A DNA stretch of 64,000 nt from Octopus vulgaris (GCA_951406725.2 OX597814.1:64542001-64606000); one strand, 5' to 3'. Counted from the stretch's first letter, positions 1-14,592 are shown. The notes: generated from the sequence alone by a model not told the origin. Numbers and translations are program-made.

Positions 1-142
1 ACATACACAGAAATACAAACACACACATACACACACACACACACACACATACACACACATACATATGCATATATACACATGTATATATACATATATATGT
101 ATATATAGATATAAATACATATATATACATATATACATATAT

Positions 143-300
143 GACGGGTTTCTTTCAGTTTCTGTCTACCAGATCCACTCACAAGGCTTTTGTCGGCCCG
201 AGGCTATAGCAGAAGACACTTGCCCAAGGTGCCACGCAGTGGGGCTGAACCTTGAACCGTGTGGTTGGTAAGCAAGCTACTTACTAAACAGCCACGCCTA
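143..300 (-). mobile_element. tRNA-derived SINE (family A), head/CORE-like part
   Basis: Reverse complement reads GGCGTGGCTG..GTAAG..GGTTCAGCCCCACTGCGTGGCACCTTGGGCAAGTGTCTTCTGCTATAGCCTCGGGCCGAC..GAAACTGAAAGAAACCCGTC: A/B-box-like head plus CCTTGGGCAAG core; the same sequence recurs many times in the window. Confidence 0.9.
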
Positions 301-436
301 CATACATGCGTATACTTATACATGCATATATACATGTATACATACACACACACATATATACATATACATATATGTGTTTATATATATATATATATATATA
401 TATACGCACATATATATATGTATGTAAGTATGTATG

Positions 437-470
<34 letters not shown>

Positions 471-500
471 TGTATGTATGTATGTATGTATGTATGTATG

Positions 501-561
<61 letters not shown>

Positions 562-603
562 ATATAGATACTTATCTTATTCTTTAGCAAGAATAGAATT
601 GGC

Positions 604-644
604 AGTGACTTCCAAGTTTCGGTCAGTTAAGCTATCATCGGACT
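604..644 (-). ncRNA. degenerate minimal hammerhead ribozyme-like motif
   Basis: Minus strand AGT-CCGATGA-TAGCTTAACTGACC-GAAAC-TTGGAA-GTC-ACT; helix I AGT/ACT, GUC triplet, U4>C change in the core. Confidence 0.5.
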
Positions 645-704
645 ATAATGTAAAATTGATTTCACTGTAACGTATAAGCACACGCGCGCGTTCACACACA
701 CATA

Positions 705-761
<57 letters not shown>

Positions 762-1261
762 ACTCACACACACCCCCATTTATACATATGTGTCTATGTA
801 TATTTGTTCGTATGCATATCGTAATCTATCTAGCTATGGGTTATTACTTCCAACGAAAAACTTCCTCATCATTGGTCCGTTCTTTAGTTACAAATTATAA
901 CCTCTTTCTCAGGATATACTATAGAAATGTTTTTTCACGGGGAAGGGAAAAAGGGAGCCGGAGAGTGTTGTTAGGGCTGAAAAAATTCAGAAAAATCACC
1001 TTTTAAAACATTGAGATTTTGCTTGTCCAACACCATAGTGACAAGGAGACCCGTTTTGTATTCAAACTGTTCTTCAAACGTGATTAGATCGCTCTAGCCT
1101 TAAATTAGCAAACTCATATTTGCAGGCTTGCTTTCTGACTGGTATTATTTAATTTATCTACGGCTACATTATTGGTATTTCCTCTTTTGTTATAGATTCT
1201 TCGTTGGCTTTTAATTTAATTGATTTTTTGTTAGTTTATAAAATTTGCTTTTTACAATTTC

Positions 1262-1622
1262 TTATGTGTTTCAGTCAGTAGACTGAGGCCAAAATGAGGC
1301 ACTGCCTTGCAGAGTTTTAGTCGAACAATCGAACCCAGTACTTATTTCAAAGCCTGACACTTATTCTATTGGTCTCTTTTGAAGAACCGTTAACTTACAG
1401 CGTTGTAAACACACCATCACCAATTTCTGATCGTGAGAGACAAGCACAGACACAGGAACACACACAGAGACACACAAAAACGCTGGGTTTCTTTCAGTTT
1501 CCATCTGCCAAATCCATCATTAAACTTTGGTTGGCCCGAGGTTACAGTAGAAGATCTACAGAGTGTAACTGAATCTGGAGCTATATGGTCTGGAAGCAAA
1601 CTTCATACCACACAGCCACGCC
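1262..1622 (-). mobile_element. SINE family A, full bipartite copy (head + CA-rich spacer + tail)
   Basis: Tail (TTTCAGTCA..AGTACTTATT..GTAAACACACCA) joined through CA-rich linker to head (TTTCAGTTTCC..CAGCCACGCC). Confidence 0.85.
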
Positions 1623-1879
1623 TGCATCTACTAGAGACTAAATTTTCAAAAACAGTTTTGTTTAACTTTCAAACAAATTATTTTTTTGACTGTTAAAAGA
1701 GTTACCTGTAAAAAGAATGTAACAGCAGGCAAAATGGGGGATGCAGGAGTAATAATAATCTTAATTAACTGGACTTGGAAAAGCACAGGATAAGAAGTGG
1801 AATCTTAAACTATTGCAGCTGAAGTTGGAATTGAAATAAGAAAATATGTTGTTTTCGGTTTCATTCAATTGTAAAAGTA

Positions 1880-2720
1880 TACCCCTTCTTTATAGGCTAA
1901 ATTCCCCTATGACGAAAATGTTACATGGAAGTTTCTACATTTACACTCTCTGAAATGAAATATGGTGCATGCGGTCTCGGTGAGAGGTTCAAGCATTTGT
2001 ATGATGGAGATATAATCTGCCTTTCAACATTTAAAAATGTTCAGCTACTTTCCTCTTATGTTTTCCCATCTATAGCTGAGTTGACACTTATGCATACAGA
2101 GATATACATAGGAGAGAAAGAGCAACTTGTATGCCTTTCAACAGCCCTAGTAATAAATAAATGTTAATGTTCTATTAGCTCAGGAATAATGATAGGTAAA
2201 TTCTGTGGTGGTTTTAGCAAGGTCTATCTTTCTCTACAGAAAATGAAAATTCATCCATATTAGAGACAAAAGAAATCATAGACTATGTCAACGAATTGCT
2301 GGGAAACCAATACTCTTGGGTTCATGGTACCCCACAAACCCCACGATTGGTTCTTGTGTTCTATAAAGTTGATCAATGAACCCCTTTTCACTAAAATATA
2401 CAATGTTTGATTTATCTTCCTTAGATTCGGCATAAACCTTTGAGTATGATCTTACCTACTCATGAGAAGGTACTACGTAGAAAAGTAAACAACTTCTTCA
2501 GTTGTAACCACATTACCATTATGCTGCTTCGGCGCAAAGAAATTTTCTCTTTGATATTTTCCCAACTTGTATTTCCTACAGAAACCCCACGTGGGCTATT
2601 TTCCTACGTTCGATTAATTAAAAAATCACTTCTGCGGAGATGTATCTCTTGTGATACATCTTTTTATAGAGCAGGTTGAAATCGAGTTGCTTTTTATTAT
2701 TCCAGGAGGTGAGCAAATAA
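1880..2720 (-). pseudogene. possible highly decayed Penelope-like RT fragment
   Basis: Scattered minus-strand peptides (YLHHTNA, G-TSCS..PMY-like, PIVG) resemble PLE RT motifs; heavily frameshifted. Confidence 0.25.
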
Positions 2721-3197
2721 TGATGGAATGTTGTTGCTTATATTCTTGGTGTTGTTGCTGTTCATACAGCTTCTTTTTTCATTCAAATTTATATTTCCAA
2801 CCTTTTATGTCTTGTACAAATTTTGTCTTTGTGTTTGCTTTTCTTTAATGTTTGCAAATGATTTGGAGGCGTGTTCGTTGACGTTACTTCTTTCACCCCT
2901 GCAACGAGCACAGCTTACTGCCACTCTAAGGAAACTAACTTGCAACGCATGTAAATATTGCAAATAGTCATATGACCAAATGTGCAAATAGTTTGAAAAT
3001 GTCTAAAGAAAAATCGTTTCTTTATCGCTTGTAGTTGCTCAAATGCTATCGAATCCTTGATGGTAATAAAAAAAAGAAACCACGTCTCCTCTGTGCCAAA
3101 ATTTTTCATGTTAATCTCGGATGAAAATATCTTTTACATGGTGCTTTAGAAACCTGTGAAATGTGACTGTTCACAGCTAACAACCACAACATCACCA

Positions 3198-3201
<4 letters not shown>

Positions 3202-3267
<66 letters not shown>

Positions 3268-3282
3268 TGATAATAATAATAA

Positions 3283-3313
<31 letters not shown>

Positions 3314-3336
3314 AATAGATAATAATGATAATAATA

Positions 3337-3407
<71 letters not shown>

Positions 3408-3494
3408 AACTGTAATAATAAAAAAAACAATATAATAATAACAAATTTATAATATTCATAATGATAGTGATGATGGTAATGATGATGATGATGG

Positions 3495-3525
<31 letters not shown>

Positions 3526-3581
3526 ATTATTATTGTTATTATTATTATTTACTATTCTTCTTCTTCTTCTTCTTCTTCTTC

Positions 3582-3623
<42 letters not shown>

Positions 3624-3624
3624 T

Positions 3625-3664
<40 letters not shown>

Positions 3665-3698
3665 TTAATAATATTAATAATATTAATAATATTAATAA

Positions 3699-3730
<32 letters not shown>

Positions 3731-3835
3731 CTAATAATAATAATTATAATAATAATCTCACTCAATAATAATAATAATAATAATTATAATAATAATAATA
3801 ATAACAACAACAAAAACAACAACACCAACAGCAGC
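3202..3835. repeat. compound trinucleotide microsatellite (AAT/AAG/ATG/ATT/CTT/AAC)
   Basis: Directly visible; explains the poly-I/L/N/M ORFs. Confidence 0.97.
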
Positions 3836-4541
3836 ATGATAAAAAAAAAGGGTCAAGAAATAAGGTCCAATGCCAGATATAATTTACTTGTATTTAACCT
3901 CAACGATCTCTGAGTTTTTCTTTCAAACTTCGGAAGTGGGACAGTAAGTCCTGGTAAACTTTTACAGCTGAGTCAACAAAAGAAAGTCTTTGATTAGTGG
4001 CAGCAACTGTGTTCTCCGTCTGTACTCATACAGTCAGTGGATCCATCTTTTTACATCTGTGTAAATAACTAGATAAATAATTCTTCATTTGAATTTTTCC
4101 TCTAGTATTTCCATATATAATTTCATCATGAGTTACATATATTCATTCGTTAAATAAAATCGAATTTGTCATATAGATATTGTATAGTACATACGTTTAA
4201 AGTATCTAAACCATAAGTTGATTATCTATATACTGCAAACCATAAATATATTTCTCTAGTTTATATAAGCACAAGTCTGAAACTAAGCGTCTTTCCGAAA
4301 TAATGCGAAATATTATCATGATCTTTAAGTTATGTTATTATTGAAGTTGTAGTAATACTTAGAGGGTAATTTCAATGTAGGGCAAAGTGGTTTGCAAGTC
4401 ACAGAAGTTTATTTACTTAATCAAAACATAACCTATATATATCAAAAAACACCTAAGACTAAGTTCTCAATCCACCTGCTCTTCAAAATATGGCACACCG
4501 CAATGTTATCACCATGGCTCTAGCTGAGGTTTTGTCTGATG

Positions 4542-4580
<39 letters not shown>

Positions 4581-4584
4581 CTTT

Positions 4585-4790
4585 TGCTTCTTTCAGTCAT
4601 TGGACCGCAGCAATGCCTTGAAGAATTTTAGTCGAAAGAATAGGCACCGGAACTTATTTTATTTATTTTTTGACCTGATACTTAGTTGATCGGTCTCTTT
4701 TCCGAACAGCTAAGTTATGTGGACGTAAACACACTGTCACCGGTTGTCAAGCAGAGGTGGGGTGGGGGCAAACGTGTGTGTGTGTGTATG
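4585..4790 (-). mobile_element. SINE family A tail
   Basis: TTTCAGTCATTGGACCGCAGC..CGAACAGCTAAGTTATGTGGACGTAAACAC..GGTTGTCAAGC. Confidence 0.8.
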
Positions 4791-5521
4791 TAATTACAAC
4801 ACCTAAATGTATATATACGGCTCCGATCCAACAAGATAACCTTTACACTGTGTCACTTGACACACCAGAAATAACAGGTAATTACTTCTCAAAAGGATCC
4901 TTATCAATGTCGCACGCTCGCTTGTACAGCACCATTGCAAACCAGCAAAGCGTTTAAACACTACCTGTTTATACTTCAGACAAATGATTTCCATTTTCTG
5001 TCGAAAGTGACACGTGTAGGTGACATTGATAAATTGTCAAATTGACGAATTACAATTTCTATCGCTCACATAATCATTTTTTGGGAGCTGTCATTCAGTA
5101 TTCTGTTTTAACACTCTCTTAAAGGGATATTTCCTGGAAGTAAAACCGCGGCTTCTGGCGTTTAAGCAAGATACATACGTTAAGTATGTAATATTGGAAA
5201 TGTTTTTATCATAGAGCTGCTTGTACATAAATCGAATCTGTGTGTATACGTGTGCGTGCACGCGCGTGTGTGTGTGTTTCTTGCTGAGAAGATTGAAAGT
5301 TTTCACAAGAGTGAATTTATATTGAGAAAAAAGAAAAAAATGCTCTGAGGACCATATCATAAAAAAAAAGAAAAAATGCTTACATTTATATCAAAATATT
5401 CTACCGGTTTCAATTGTTTCAAAACACGATTTAGTCCCTCGGTAAGGGACCATAAATTATATATATATATATATATCTATGCATGCATTTATTCACTGTA
5501 AATTCGTTAATGTAGCTTTCC

Positions 5522-5810
<289 letters not shown>

Positions 5811-6168
5811 TTTATCTTTAACCTTATCTTTCAACACATGACTCACCATCTTATTAATTATTATTTATTTTCGGGCATTCCCTCCCGTTCCACACAAGGT
5901 CTTTTCGATCTTACAATTATTACTTTTTTACTATTACTTTTATATCTATATTTTACTGTTCATTTTCACATTCCCTTACCACCCAACTTGTAACGAAAAT
6001 CATACCGTTATATTTTGAAAACCTGCCATCCAAATAAATTTAAACGCGTATTCGTGTACTTGAATTATATCACATAGCATTATATTAAATGTACAATCAC
6101 AATTTTAATTCATTATTTATCACAACTGTCCGTCGAACAGGAACAGTGACTTTTAGGACAAACTGTAT

Positions 6169-6169
<1 letters not shown>

Positions 6170-6263
<94 letters not shown>

Positions 6264-6275
6264 ACAGACAGACAT

Positions 6276-6335
<60 letters not shown>
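6170..6335. repeat. (AG)n-(AGAC)n-(AGAT)n compound microsatellite
   Basis: Directly visible. Confidence 0.97.
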
Positions 6336-6336
<1 letters not shown>

Positions 6337-7354
6337 AATATGGCTGAGTAGAAAGAGAGATAAATCCATATATACATGCGCATGTGTATGTGTGAATCGC
6401 CTCCTGTAGTGTGTGTAGGTATGTGTGCGTCGATAGGTAGATAGATAGAAAGAGAGAGAAAGGATGGCATAGATATTGGGAGGGGAGCAATTATAAATTA
6501 TACATTATAAAAATATATGAACCATAAAATACATAAGCTATGCTAGTTTCCCTTTTACTTATGGATGTATAAGAAACGCTTTCGTCTATCACTGTACATT
6601 AATATTAAAATTGGAACACCGTACCTTTATTTTCATAGTATTTTTCATGGTTGATTTGGCACCAATCCGCTACATAACAATGTTATGAAAAGAACCAGAT
6701 TTTCAATTTTTGACGTCAAAATTCTCTACCTTACCAAACAAAATACCTTCAGTTCATACGTTATATTACAGGCCACGTCAACCAAAACATCATGTAACAA
6801 ATACATTTATAGGGGATAACTTCGACTTCAGATTCTGGATGAAAAGGGGAATCATTCTCGAGAAAGCACTAAAAGAATTCCAATATGAAACACTATAACT
6901 AAATATAATATACTTCCCACCAGAAAAATACACTACGGTTATTCGATAAGCAAAAACAGAACAGCCAAATATCTTTTAATTCATGCTCTACAGTCTTAAA
7001 ATGATGTTGGGTAAGTACGATTATGCTGTTGGAAATCCAAAGTTTCTTTTCAAATATATATAAACTGTTAACATTTGAACCGTTTCAATGATAGGTTGCT
7101 CGCCCTGTTCGTGGACTACCTATGGCTACACAACAGAAATAACAAATGGGATTAAATTCAACTGAAAATAAAGTGAAATCAATTTTACTGATTATTTATT
7201 AGTAATGATTTATCGACAATGAATTGCTAAAATTGATTAAAATATCTAATATATGATACAGCACTTTTAACACAATCTCCATATTCGTAGTTTCAGTAAC
7301 ATGCCATCATCGTAGTATTTTCTCAAAACCTTTAAGTGATGTACATACATTTAG

Positions 7355-7485
7355 GTGCAAGTATGGCTGGGTGGCTAAGAAGTCATCTTGGGTTCAGACC
7401 CAGTGCGCGGCTTTTTGGTCAAGTGTCTTCTAGTGTAGCCCCAAGTTGACCATAGCCCTGTGAGCGGATTTGGAAGACGGAAACG
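7355..7485 (+). mobile_element. SINE family A head
   Basis: TGGCTGGGTGGCTAAGAAG..GGGTTCAGACCCAGTGCGCGG..CAAGTGTCTTCTAGTGTAGCC..GGATTTGGAAGACGGAAAC. Confidence 0.8.
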
Positions 7486-7549
7486 TTTACTTGACCATGT
7501 CAAGTTAAAGTTAAAAAGATACATTCACACACACACACACACACACACG

Positions 7550-7589
<40 letters not shown>

Positions 7590-7650
7590 CACACGCATGC
7601 ACACGGCCACGCGCGAACACACGCACACATGCATATATATATATGTATGC

Positions 7651-7694
<44 letters not shown>

Positions 7695-8179
7695 GCATAC
7701 ATAAATGTATAAATATATATACACACACACACACATGTATACATATATACATACGCACACAACCACACATGTTCGCAGGCACACACTTGTATGTAATTCA
7801 TATCTGTTTACAGTATGTTTGAGAAGGAGGTCAATCGTTCACTGAGTACTGGACAAGCAACCGAAAGGTCGGCAGTTCGCTCTGTCACCTGCACTGTGTT
7901 GTGTCCAGGGCCAAGACACTTAACTTTCAAATGGTCTCTTCCGTCGAATAGTAAATATAATGCAGGGTAGCCAGAAATAATGTAATTGTAATCAGCAGCA
8001 TCCGCGAAATAACCAAGTGTCTCATTATATACAAACTGTCGGCTAAGGAAAATAACTCAAGTGGACTAATGGCACGAATTTATTTAATTCAATCTGTGAT
8101 GGAGTGAATGCAAAATTTCTAAATAGTTTGTAGATTATCTTTTGGTTGAAAATAAAAAAAGCAGTCTCCTTTACTTTCT

Positions 8180-8552
8180 TATCTTTTACTAGTTTTTATC
8201 ATGGGATGCAACTATGCTAGGGTACCGCTTTGAAGGGTTTGGTCGAAAAAATTAGTTCCAGTACTTATTTTAAATCCAGTACTTATTTCTAGACTTCTTT
8301 TAGTTTCTGTCTGTCAAATTTACTCAAAAAGTTTTGATCGTCCCGTGGGTATAGTAGATGACACTTGCCCAAGGTGCCACGCAGATATTTAACGACAGGC
8401 ATCTTTCTGTTTCTATTCAACAAAACCACTCACAAGCCTTTGGTTAATTGGGGCTATAGTAGGAGACATTTGGCAAGGTGTCATGTAATGGGACTGAACC
8501 AAATCTACACGACTGGGAAGTAGGTTTCTTAACCACGCATAGACGCCTGCAC
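8180..8552 (-). mobile_element. two adjacent SINE family A fragments
   Basis: Tail+head remnant 8180-8385 and head 8405-8552 (GACACTTGCCCAAGGTGCCACGCAG; GGGACTGAACC). Confidence 0.75.
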
Positions 8553-9227
8553 CAATAAATGAAACATGCTCCCACATGCATACATACATACATAAATGCA
8601 TGCATGCATGCATACATACATACATACATACATACATACATGCATACATGCATACATACATACATACATACATACAAACAGTATCCAGGATACATTTTCA
8701 GCTTTAGAACAATTATTATAAAGATTTGAAGAATAATGGTTAAAAGAAGATACTTTCCTTCACAACCTTGCTGCCGTGTAAGTAACCGGTTAAAATTTCC
8801 TCTAGAATCAAAAAAAAGGAGAAAAACATACATACATACAAACATACATACATACATACATACATACATACATACATACATACATACACGCGTACGTACG
8901 TACATGAGTACATATGTATGCGACTGTATGCCTATCTAAATTGGAATAGTTTTCTTGATATTTGCATTTTAAGAATAAGATCATTGTAAAAGGTGGTCTA
9001 ATAATAAGATACTTTGAACTTGTTATGCAATTGTTCTCAGCACTGATCCTACTGCATTTAGTATCAAATAAACATTTTCACCTGTTTGGTGCATTATCCA
9101 CTATACACTACCGCACTAAAACTGGTTCTCTATCGATTACGACGAGCTTCCACGTAAGAACACACACACACACACATACACACACACACATACACACACA
9201 CACACATACACACACATATATATGATG

Positions 9228-9506
<279 letters not shown>

Positions 9507-9509
9507 CAT

Positions 9510-9665
9510 ATCTTCTTTCACTTTCTGTCAGTCAAACTAAACTCACAAGGCTTTGTTTGGCCTGGGGTTAAAGTAGAAGGCACTTTTTCAAATACCACGT
9601 AGTGGGGCTAAACCCGTAACCCTATGATGAAGGAGCAATCTATTTAGCACGCAGCTACCCCTGCA
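9510..9665 (-). mobile_element. SINE family A head
   Basis: ACTCACAAGGCTTTG..AGTAGAAGGCAC..CCACGTAGTGGGGCTAAACCCG. Confidence 0.75.
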
Positions 9666-9960
9666 TACACACATACACCCACACGCACATATGTGTGTGT
9701 GTGTGTGCGCGCGCGCGCGTGTGCATATGTGTGTATGCGTGTATGTGCATATATATAAGTACGTACGCATGTATGCATGTATGCATGTAAGCATGCATGT
9801 ATATGTATATCCTGCATGAGCTACTAAGTGTAGAGTAATGTCGGAGAAAGTGTTTATGTCGGTTTTAGAGCCCCTAAAATAATTAGTGAAATTATGTTTT
9901 ATGCTGGTGGTCAATCTTCGTCTGCAAGTAAGTTTGCGATACTGTTCTTCATGTAAACTT

Positions 9961-10072
<112 letters not shown>

Positions 10073-10914
10073 TGCATGTATGAGTGAAAATCAAAGTATG
10101 ACATGGACTCAACTCAAGAGGTACAATATAACATGAAGCACCTCTTGTCAGCCGTGGAGATACAGATCAGCATAATTTTAGTACCTTACTTTCCATGATA
10201 CTAATCTTTTTCTTGCGTGAGCGACAATAATAAAAAGAGAAAATCTTAGCGTGTAAAGGAGATTAACATACGACTGAGACAGAAAACGACAGATAAATAT
10301 ATGTAATACAATTTTAAAATAATACAGAAATGTAATCACCAATTTTCGACTGGGTAAGGAAAATCTGCCAACTCACCGAATGCTAATGCGATAGAAAATC
10401 GAAAGTAAACTTTTGGCATGTTATAAAGCTAGGTGAAGGACAGGAATTTAAGAACGTCCGATCTCAGCAACGTTTACGAAGAAAAGAGACAGAATAGTGC
10501 AACAGAATGGTAGCCGCAGCAGCAACGAGGTACAAGAAAGTTGGTTAGAGGAGACGTAAAAGAGCGTCAGAATAAAATATAATGGGACGAGAAAGAGCGA
10601 GTGTTAATGACAGTGAATAAAACAGGAGAGAGAGGAAAGAAATGAAGATAAAGAGAGAAGGGAAAGGAATAGCAAGTTGCAATAAGAGAAAAAGAGAAAG
10701 AAAGCGAAGTTAGCGAGCGGTGAAATGATTGAAAGACCACAGCGAGAGAGGAAAATCATATATAGATGTGTAATAATAGTATCAGTATAATGCCATCTTG
10801 CTAGTAATCGATTACGAAAAGGATTTAGTGGGTAACTAAGATGTCTTACTTGTTTTATCTTGTTCTTTGCATTCAAGAATACGTTGCAACAGCAACCATG
10901 AAGGTTTCTTCTGC

Positions 10915-11220
10915 AGAGACTGCCGAACCCAGTCTTCTCGTGCGTAGTCAGGTAAGCTCTAACTCACCAAAGATTACATACCCATTGGTTACCCCCACCA
11001 AACGAAGCAGTTTACTAGGGCGTGGCTGTTCTTATATGCAAACAGCTACTCGGAGCCATCGGTGAGAGTTAGGTGCCAAGTGGAGACCAAAACGGACGAA
11101 CAGCCCTAACAGTGCAACATGGTCTTCCTCTAAGGGGCCATTTCTCCCTGACTTAGAAATAAACTACGGAAAAGAACTGCAAAACTTCGGACACCTCCCG
11201 CCAACAATGGAGACTTCTGA
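10915..11220 (+). mobile_element. possible RTE-type 5' region, beginning with an HDV-like ribozyme candidate
   Basis: GC-richer island; GACTGC..TTCTCGT..GTAGTC-AGG arrangement at its 5' end. Confidence 0.35.
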
Positions 11221-11704
11221 TTATGGCACAGTTAAGTGCCGAGCAAATGGGCTAAATAGAACTTATTCTGGAGAACTGAAGTACAAAAAATGAATTTACA
11301 TAGTCCAGAAATATGAAACTGCAAAATATTCCTCATCTTTTCTAATTGAACTTAGTTCTTCCAGAAGAAATATCTCTCCTTCCTACTGATTAACCCGTTT
11401 TCTTTATTGCTGCATTTCTACGTTGAATATAACAATAGCATCACTTGTACACAAATATCTATTTGTCATTCCTACTTTCGATATATCTTTGCAATTATAA
11501 TGGTTTCAACGCTTCATTTGATACAGATATGCCGTAGTAGGAGTAGCTTCCTGCTGAAGTTCTTTCCAGACATGTTGACTCGGATTTTTGTCAAATGAAC
11601 CATTTCCATATTAGTGATTCATGAATTCCTACGGCGTTAAATAATCTATGGACATTATTAAGGAATCTTTATGCCTGTCAACGGGCTATCTTCAACGCGA
11701 TTAT

Positions 11705-12110
11705 TCAACCAACTAAAAATAACAGTCGAATTTCCTTCAAATCATCAATTCTTGTCTTTAAAAGAGGACACATGCATTCGTATTGTCTAAGGTACATTAT
11801 ACCTGAAACAAAATGAATTGTTATGAGTGGAACTCTTTTGATTACATGTAACCACAATCAGAACTAACGTAGGGTTGTCCACCAAAATCAACAAAAAATA
11901 ACTTACTGCTAAAATTTAAAGTATTCAGTGCTAATACATTCCAAATTTCACAGTAAAATAACCCTTAAAATTCACCCTACAGTCTGAAGATAAGAGAAGT
12001 TTACTTGGATATAATGATATTATATCAAAAAGAAGACAGGATGGTAGCTGCTAGAACTCCTTTAATTATAGAACCACTCTGTTGAAGTTAATCTGGGTAT
12101 AAACAGCAAC
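11705..12110 (+). mobile_element. two decayed copies of a dispersed repeat (family D, SINE-like tail)
   Basis: AAATAACAGTCGAATTTCCTTCAAATC..AAAAGAGGACAC and GACAGGATGGTAGCTGCTAGAA..AAACAGCAAC match 54555-54715. Confidence 0.5.
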
Positions 12111-12713
12111 CTACGTCTTCCACCAAAAGTGCTGTAGATGCTTCATTTTAATCTAAAGTGTAATTCAAATAAGAAAAAAATACCTCCCTAATTTTGTGAT
12201 AATCATTTAATGTACATGTGTGCGTATATATGCTTGAGGGGACAAGTAAACAATATTAGAGAGAGAGAGAGAGAATATGAGAACGTGAGAAAGACGGGAG
12301 AAGAAAGAAGTGGAAAACTTGATGGGAATACAAGCATGAAGTGCACCAGCTGATAAATGAGCTAAACTAGGACGGGAAGCGAGAGGAAATAAAGGAGAAG
12401 TTAGTCAGAGTCTTATAGAAAACAAGTGGTATTGCAGAAGTGGTGTTGATACTTGATACAAACGGAGGTGGTGCTGTAAGGTTGTAAGAATGGTAACAGT
12501 AAATTTCAAGATGGAGTAAAATGGTTACGGGGATTGTGATTATTCGTGTTTGCGATGGTCATCGTATTAGGAGTGGTAGAATGAATGGGAGGAAATTGAA
12601 AGATTGACCTGAGTCAAGTAGAAATACACAAACATGAACAGCAACTCACAAAGACATACACTCTTATATACATGCTCAAATCCCACCCACTCATGAAGAC
12701 AGACAGACAGACA

Positions 12714-12763
<50 letters not shown>

Positions 12764-13125
12764 CACACAGTTATAGATATACATGTATGTGTGTGCATGT
12801 ATGTATATGTAGGGAGAGAGGAAAAGCTAGAAGAGAGTGAGTGAAAAGTATTCAAAATTTATAATTGTTAATGAAGGAGAAAGGGAGAACTCAATATCTG
12901 GTGCAGACTATTTATTTCAAGTTAATACTTTTCCTTGTGATTGAAGTTTCACGTCAATGCGATCTTCGGATAACATCGTTATTTTTATCTGATTTTATTT
13001 AAGCCTAATTGTTCTGTGTGTTACTAATTTTATTTTTTCTGTGTGATACTTACTTTTCTATGGACAAGTTCCTAAACTTTATTGTTATAGAACTCTGTTT
13101 ATTATTGAATTATTTTTGAAAATAC

Positions 13126-13396
13126 AAAGGTTATGTAATGAACTTGATTAGCTTACAGCTGTTTCTGCTATAAGATGTGGGGGACGCCTGGTTGAGTCCC
13201 TGGGTAACCTCCTGTAGCTTAATCAGATAGGCATCAACATCATCTCACTCCTAACGCCTGTACATTCTGAAAATGTAATTTTCTCAAATAAAGTGCACTT
13301 CATATTCAAGGCTTTGCTGAAGCTATAGGATGTTACCAAGGGACTCAACTACATGTTATAGCAGAAAAAGCAAATGAACTTCATTACATAACCTTT
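13126..13396. mobile_element. fold-back element with a hammerhead-like motif in each arm
   Basis: Arms 13126-13226 and 13311-13396 are inverted copies; left arm (minus) CTGATTA-AGCTACA..TATAGCA-GAAACAGCTGTA-AGC. Confidence 0.7.
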
Positions 13397-13512
13397 AGTT
13401 TTTCTGGTATCCTCCCTTGGCTCCTATTACTACTCTATACTAATCTAACAGTGTGCTCTGGGCACCAGGTTATTAGTTTCACTATGCCTAAGCGAAATAA
13501 TAATTTATATAC

Positions 13513-13562
<50 letters not shown>

Positions 13563-13752
13563 CAAATAAGAAAATGGAGAAACAATTTAGTTGGTTCATC
13601 AACTTTCGGATATTGGAATGTTGAATTATTTATTCATTTAACAAAAATGAGAAGCTTAATAGCATACATATATACATTATAATTTAATACATATAAGATA
13701 AGAATACAATTATAAAAATCATAATATAAATTATTGAAATCATTAAAATCAC

Positions 13753-13880
13753 TCCTTACAGCTGTTTCACCCTATGGATAAAAGTAGTTTAATTTTTCAG
13801 TGCCTATAGTTGTCAATTATATTGAGGTTGTAGGCGTTTAAAAATAGGGTACTTATATATAAACATAGGCCTCGTCATAG
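13753..13880 (-). ncRNA. hammerhead-like motif with ~95-nt helix II insert (C3>A)
   Basis: Minus: CT-ATGACGA-GGCCTATG...CATAGGGT-GAAACAGCTGTA-AGGA. Confidence 0.6.
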
Positions 13881-14023
13881 ATTATGAAGAACCTTAAAAA
13901 TATTAATACATGAAACAGGATACACGTATAATTTAATATATATAGAAAATATGAATAAATATCCATATAGATATGTTGGTGTATATATATGTTAATAAAA
14001 ATAATTATACACACACACACACA

Positions 14024-14103
<80 letters not shown>

Positions 14104-14592
14104 CTTGTTTATATAGGTAATTACGATAGTCACTTAAAATAGGTTTTACAATGACTCGCACAAATAAAGTCAATTTTCATCATTTGTATTTAAAATGTTA
14201 CTCTTCGGTTGATTCTTATGTTCCAAACAGATTTATGCCTAGACCAGTGAGAATGACAGTCGTATATTACTAGTGCCTGAAGATTCTTGTTTCTTTTTAC
14301 ATCACTCTGTTAGAGGTATAGCTTCTTTATATCGTGTTTCGTACGTTCCTTCTTTCTGCTTATTCTTTCGCTGTGTTTGACATATCTTGTTGCTCCAAAT
14401 TACTCATAATCTATACGAACATTTGCTGAACATTTTTAATGAAAAATAAGTCACTTAGACTAATTGTGACATATTCTGTAGATTACGAATTTGTCTCGTT
14501 ACCAAGTGTGTATGAGTATGTATGCATAATGTATGTATGTATACACACATGCACAGACACACACACACATACACACTCGCACGCACACACAT

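Noticed and set aside
5402-5445. Hammerhead half-site GAAACCGGTA on the minus strand
   Set aside because: No recognisable CUGANGA box or helix II
10330-12972. Further hammerhead-like traces (10330-10385, 12935-12972; also ~7290 and ~25310)
   Set aside because: Too many core and helix mismatches to distinguish from chance by eye
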